64,000 bases of DNA from Mobula hypostoma (taxonomy: Eukaryota), in the NCBI RefSeq assembly GCF_963921235.1, contig NC_086097.1, positions 38,504,001-38,568,000 of the forward strand, given 5' to 3'. This document shows, in pieces, positions 60,431 to 64,000 of the stretch; position 1 is the stretch's first letter; the number at the start of each line of letters is the position of its first letter. Under the pieces are notes generated by a model. That model searched no databases. It was not told the origin of the DNA and saw only the letters and a list, made by a program, of their open reading frames with translations. A program made the position numbers and the translations under genes.

Positions 60431-63400
60431 TCCCAGAGATGACCTCACATACCAGGAAAGGCATTTCCCTATATAATCATAGGTGATTATATTACTATGA
60501 TTATAGGAACAATATAATCATAGTAAAACAGATCAGGCGTCAGCTGCTTTTGTGTTAAATGATACATTATAAATACAAGTTGCTTCTATTCTGGCTTCAC
60601 ACTAAGTGCCATGCAAGTCCCATACTCAAAAAAGTATGGAGGTAATAGAGTGGCTTCAAATGCAATTCAAATATTTAACCAGAAGTTACAGTCTGAAAGT
60701 AGCACTGTTGCCACTGCCTGAAAAACAGCAACATAGTCAATACCCAAACAATTCAAATAAAACTTTAATTCAGTTTCAAGTGTCATGGTATTTAAGAGAC
60801 TTAGAAATCCAGAAGATACCTCTCCCCCCGCCCCCAACTCAAACTCTAACATTCAAGATTATTAAATTTGTTGATGACATTTATCAAGGTGTTTGGGCAC
60901 ACAGAAAATGTGATGCTGCTTAGAAGAAAACAGCTCATTAAGGCTCCAAGAATACACAAAGGTTTTTATGCTGCATGCAAGTACAAATTTCAATAGATAT
61001 GATCCCTTACCTCATACACACTGCTAACTAATTTAATCAAACTTTTTTTTACCACATCCAGAAAAAAAAACAGAATCACTGCAATGTTTCTTTGAGGTGC
61101 TTTTAAAACAAGAGGTATTAGATAGACCACATTGAAAACTACCTGCAAGCTTTGAGCAATAATTTTTCCCATCTCTACTAAGTGTCTAAAAAAGGTTTGG
61201 AAAAAAAATTAAGTTCTTGGATCTCTTTAAGACATAAATTATACCATAAATTGTGCACATTCACCACAACATTAAAACTCCAAGTACATGAAACAATGTT
61301 ATGATATCTCATTCATTGGCTGCATGCAAAATGCATTCTTTTCAATGTGACATTTGCCATTCAGCTTTCGAAGATGACCATAACAAATGAGATCTGCAGC
61401 ACTGAATAAGCATAGCTAATCAGATTTAGAAGCAGGCAATTGAACCTGTATTTATGAAATGAAGCTATACAATTTGGACCAGTTCAGCACCAGCCATCAG
61501 TAAAAACAATGCAATTAAGCACAATTTAATCAGAGCCAAATTAAATTAGACCAATAAAGCAATCAGAAAATATAACCAAAATGTTTTAAGAGTTTTCACT
61601 AGCAGTGATCAAGCTGAGCAATATTTCCAAATAATAATCAAAAACTGAATTTGCAGGATTACTCTCTATAGCAGCAATTGCTTGTCTTTTTCCCAACAGC
61701 ATGGAACACAACAAAAAAAGTAATCACATTTAGAAGTTGTCACGAAAGCATCACCAACCATAGATATTACTGGTTGCAACAGGAGGAGAAAGCAGAGTCC
61801 AGATTAGATCAACTGAACGCCAGTATCTGTCCACACAGAAGGGATCATCAGTACATGCCTACTGAAACCAAGTATTTGAAGAAAATAAAAATCTGATACT
61901 TAAAGCATGCAAGTATCAATTAAAATAGGAAGATGACTGTTTCCTTTAAATATCTGCACTGTGTCTCCATGAAAGAGTATCTTTTCAAATCAAAGTGAAA
62001 TCAATAGCATATGTAACGTAAGTTGTAAGGAAATGCAAACCTCAGAAAATAAAGGATGAGATTCAACAGAAAATCTTAGGAGGTGCCTGACCAACTGGGC
62101 ATTTCCAGCACTTAGTTTTATTTAACATTTCTGGTAACTACAGCATTTTGATTTCAATTACACATGGTTTTCCATTACACACACCACCACTCCAATCATT
62201 CCTTTCTCAAAGAAATTGTTTATGTTCAAGATTACATCTGTACAAATAAATAATGAATGAAAAAAAAAGCCTGCCTGCTTTGTTTTTGCAGATTTTTTGT
62301 TTAAAAACTGTATCCTTTCAGAGATTTAGTGACTAGAACCTTCTGGTGTGAAGATGTAGCCTTACCTATCAAAAACCAATTGAGATTCAGAAAGCATGTA
62401 TTTCTCAGAAGAAATACTCCATATGAAACATGCCCATAAGCTCCTGCGTGATATTGAAGTTAAAAATGAATCTCTGCCATCATTAACAAAACAGTGAGAT
62501 TCCACGTCTAACTTCAATATTTAACTTCTGATAACTAAATATTAATATGAATGCAGCCCCTAAGAATTTCAAATTGACATCGTTTACAAAACTTATAGGA
62601 CATTAGTGAACCATAACAAGGTCACTGTGTCTGATATGAACAGATTAATAAATCCATAAAAATATCATCTTAAATGTCAACACACAAATTTGTACTTTTT
62701 CAGAATTATAAAGAAAACTTACTTTGGGTAAGTGCTAAAAATTATATTCAATACATCTTCAAAAATGATCACTCAAATTCCACTACGGAGCATAGCTCTA
62801 TGCTCCACAACAAAAACCTGAGTTTAGGATTTGACAAGAGTTTCGGCTTTCAAATATAAACATTGAAAGCAAAGTAGCAGCAATGCATGCAAAGCATGAT
62901 AAATAACCTTAAATTCATATAACTATAAACTGTCCAATTAGATAAATGGATACTGCAGAAAATTTTGAAGCCAAGAGTCTCACAAGCTCACAAGACAGAG
63001 CAAGAAACAGTTCCAACCAATGCAAAGCAAAATCAAAGGTTAAAGATGTACTAAAGCAGAACAAGTCAGAAGAAATTCCTTCTTACTGAAGGATTCGAAG
63101 AATCTATTTGGCAAACATTTCAAGAAGTCATTTGATCCATCCTCCCATCTTGAAAGAGCCATATAATTCAGTCATATACCCTCCATTACTCTGGAAAGTA
63201 GTTTCCAAATACATCTTTTTGATTATCATTGAGTCTACCTTTCATTTTCTTTCTAGATAATGTTTTCCAAAGGTTAAAACCCCTGAAATAATATGTTGCA
63301 CGAGTTTCCTCAAACTCCTCAACTAACCTCATTCTTTCAGCAAGTATTTTAAATCATCCCAAATAACAATGGTCATTCTTCCAAAAGTAACATTTCAGAT

Positions 63401-63953
63401 ATACCTTAAACATTCATATTGTTTCAAATTAGCAAAAGATGAAGGTAGGACTTTAAGCTTTTTTTTGTGTCCAACAAAATATGATAGAGATATGCAAAAG
63501 GCTTTCCCAGAAAGTAATAGAGGCAAAATATTTTTAAAAACAAGGATCTTGAAAAATAAAATGGATTGAGTTTTAGGATCTTTCAGGATGAATTAACCTA
63601 AATTAACCATGTAATCTTTTATTCTCAACCTCTTTTGTTATTTCCTTGTTTTAAAAAAATAAATGTTGTTGTATAATCTTTCATAAATTTGTGATTAACC
63701 TGGATCAAACTAATCACAGCAGATATGATCTAGCTGCAAACTTGTGTGCTGGAAATTCTGACATGTGCACAGTGTTCCAATAAAACTTTAAGCTATCAAA
63801 AGTAATTTCAACAATTTGAAATTCAAAATACCTCACAGGCATAGACATTAGTTTGCACTGCAGCTCAACTATATTTGTGCAACTTTTGCCAGAACATTTA
63901 TAAAATAACGATTTGTTTAAAAAAAAACGTCCAAAAAGTTCCAGTGAAATGGG

Positions 63954-64000
63954 CAAACAACAGGAATTCTGCAGATGCTGGAAATTCAAGCAACACACAT
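63954..64000 (-). mobile_element. End of another Penelope-like terminal repeat (cut by window edge)
   Basis: CTGCAGATGCTGGAAATTCAAGCAACACACA matches 11-60 and 42546-42600. Confidence 0.8.

Noticed and set aside
55740..64000. PTPN21 promoter or first exon
   Set aside because: No CpG-rich segment or convincing exon seen; probably beyond the right edge, though a short non-coding exon cannot be excluded.

Overview
Eukaryotic (vertebrate) genomic DNA, not a prokaryotic locus. The repeat landscape (abundant CR1 LINEs, V-SINE-like tRNA SINEs, Penelope-like elements) suggests a cartilaginous fish, probably a ray; this is inference. The window carries most of a PTPN21 (FERM-domain tyrosine phosphatase) gene on the minus strand. 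I traced 15 coding exons by hand, all GT-AG and phase-compatible, 2967 nt = 989 codons, from ATG 47205 to a donor at 1777; the rest of the PTP domain lies left of the window and the promoter/first exon probably right of it. The introns are packed with often nested transposons. Most notable: (1) a full-length, decayed Gmr1-like Gypsy element (PR-INT-RT-RH order, SCAN-like gag, tRNA-Pro PBS, patchily diverged LTRs containing a long ORF) inserted in a Tc1 transposon; (2) Penelope-like elements whose terminal repeats carry minimal hammerhead-ribozyme motifs; (3) a Tc1 holding a Buster-type hAT and a CR1; (4) a short retroelement inserted antisense into another copy of itself; (5) two inverted Tigger-like copies bracketing eight exons. 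I see no support for a wholly new biological system; the findings are unusual instances of known families plus testable hypotheses. Repeat boundaries without TIR/TSD evidence are approximate, and comparisons to human PTPN21 are from memory.
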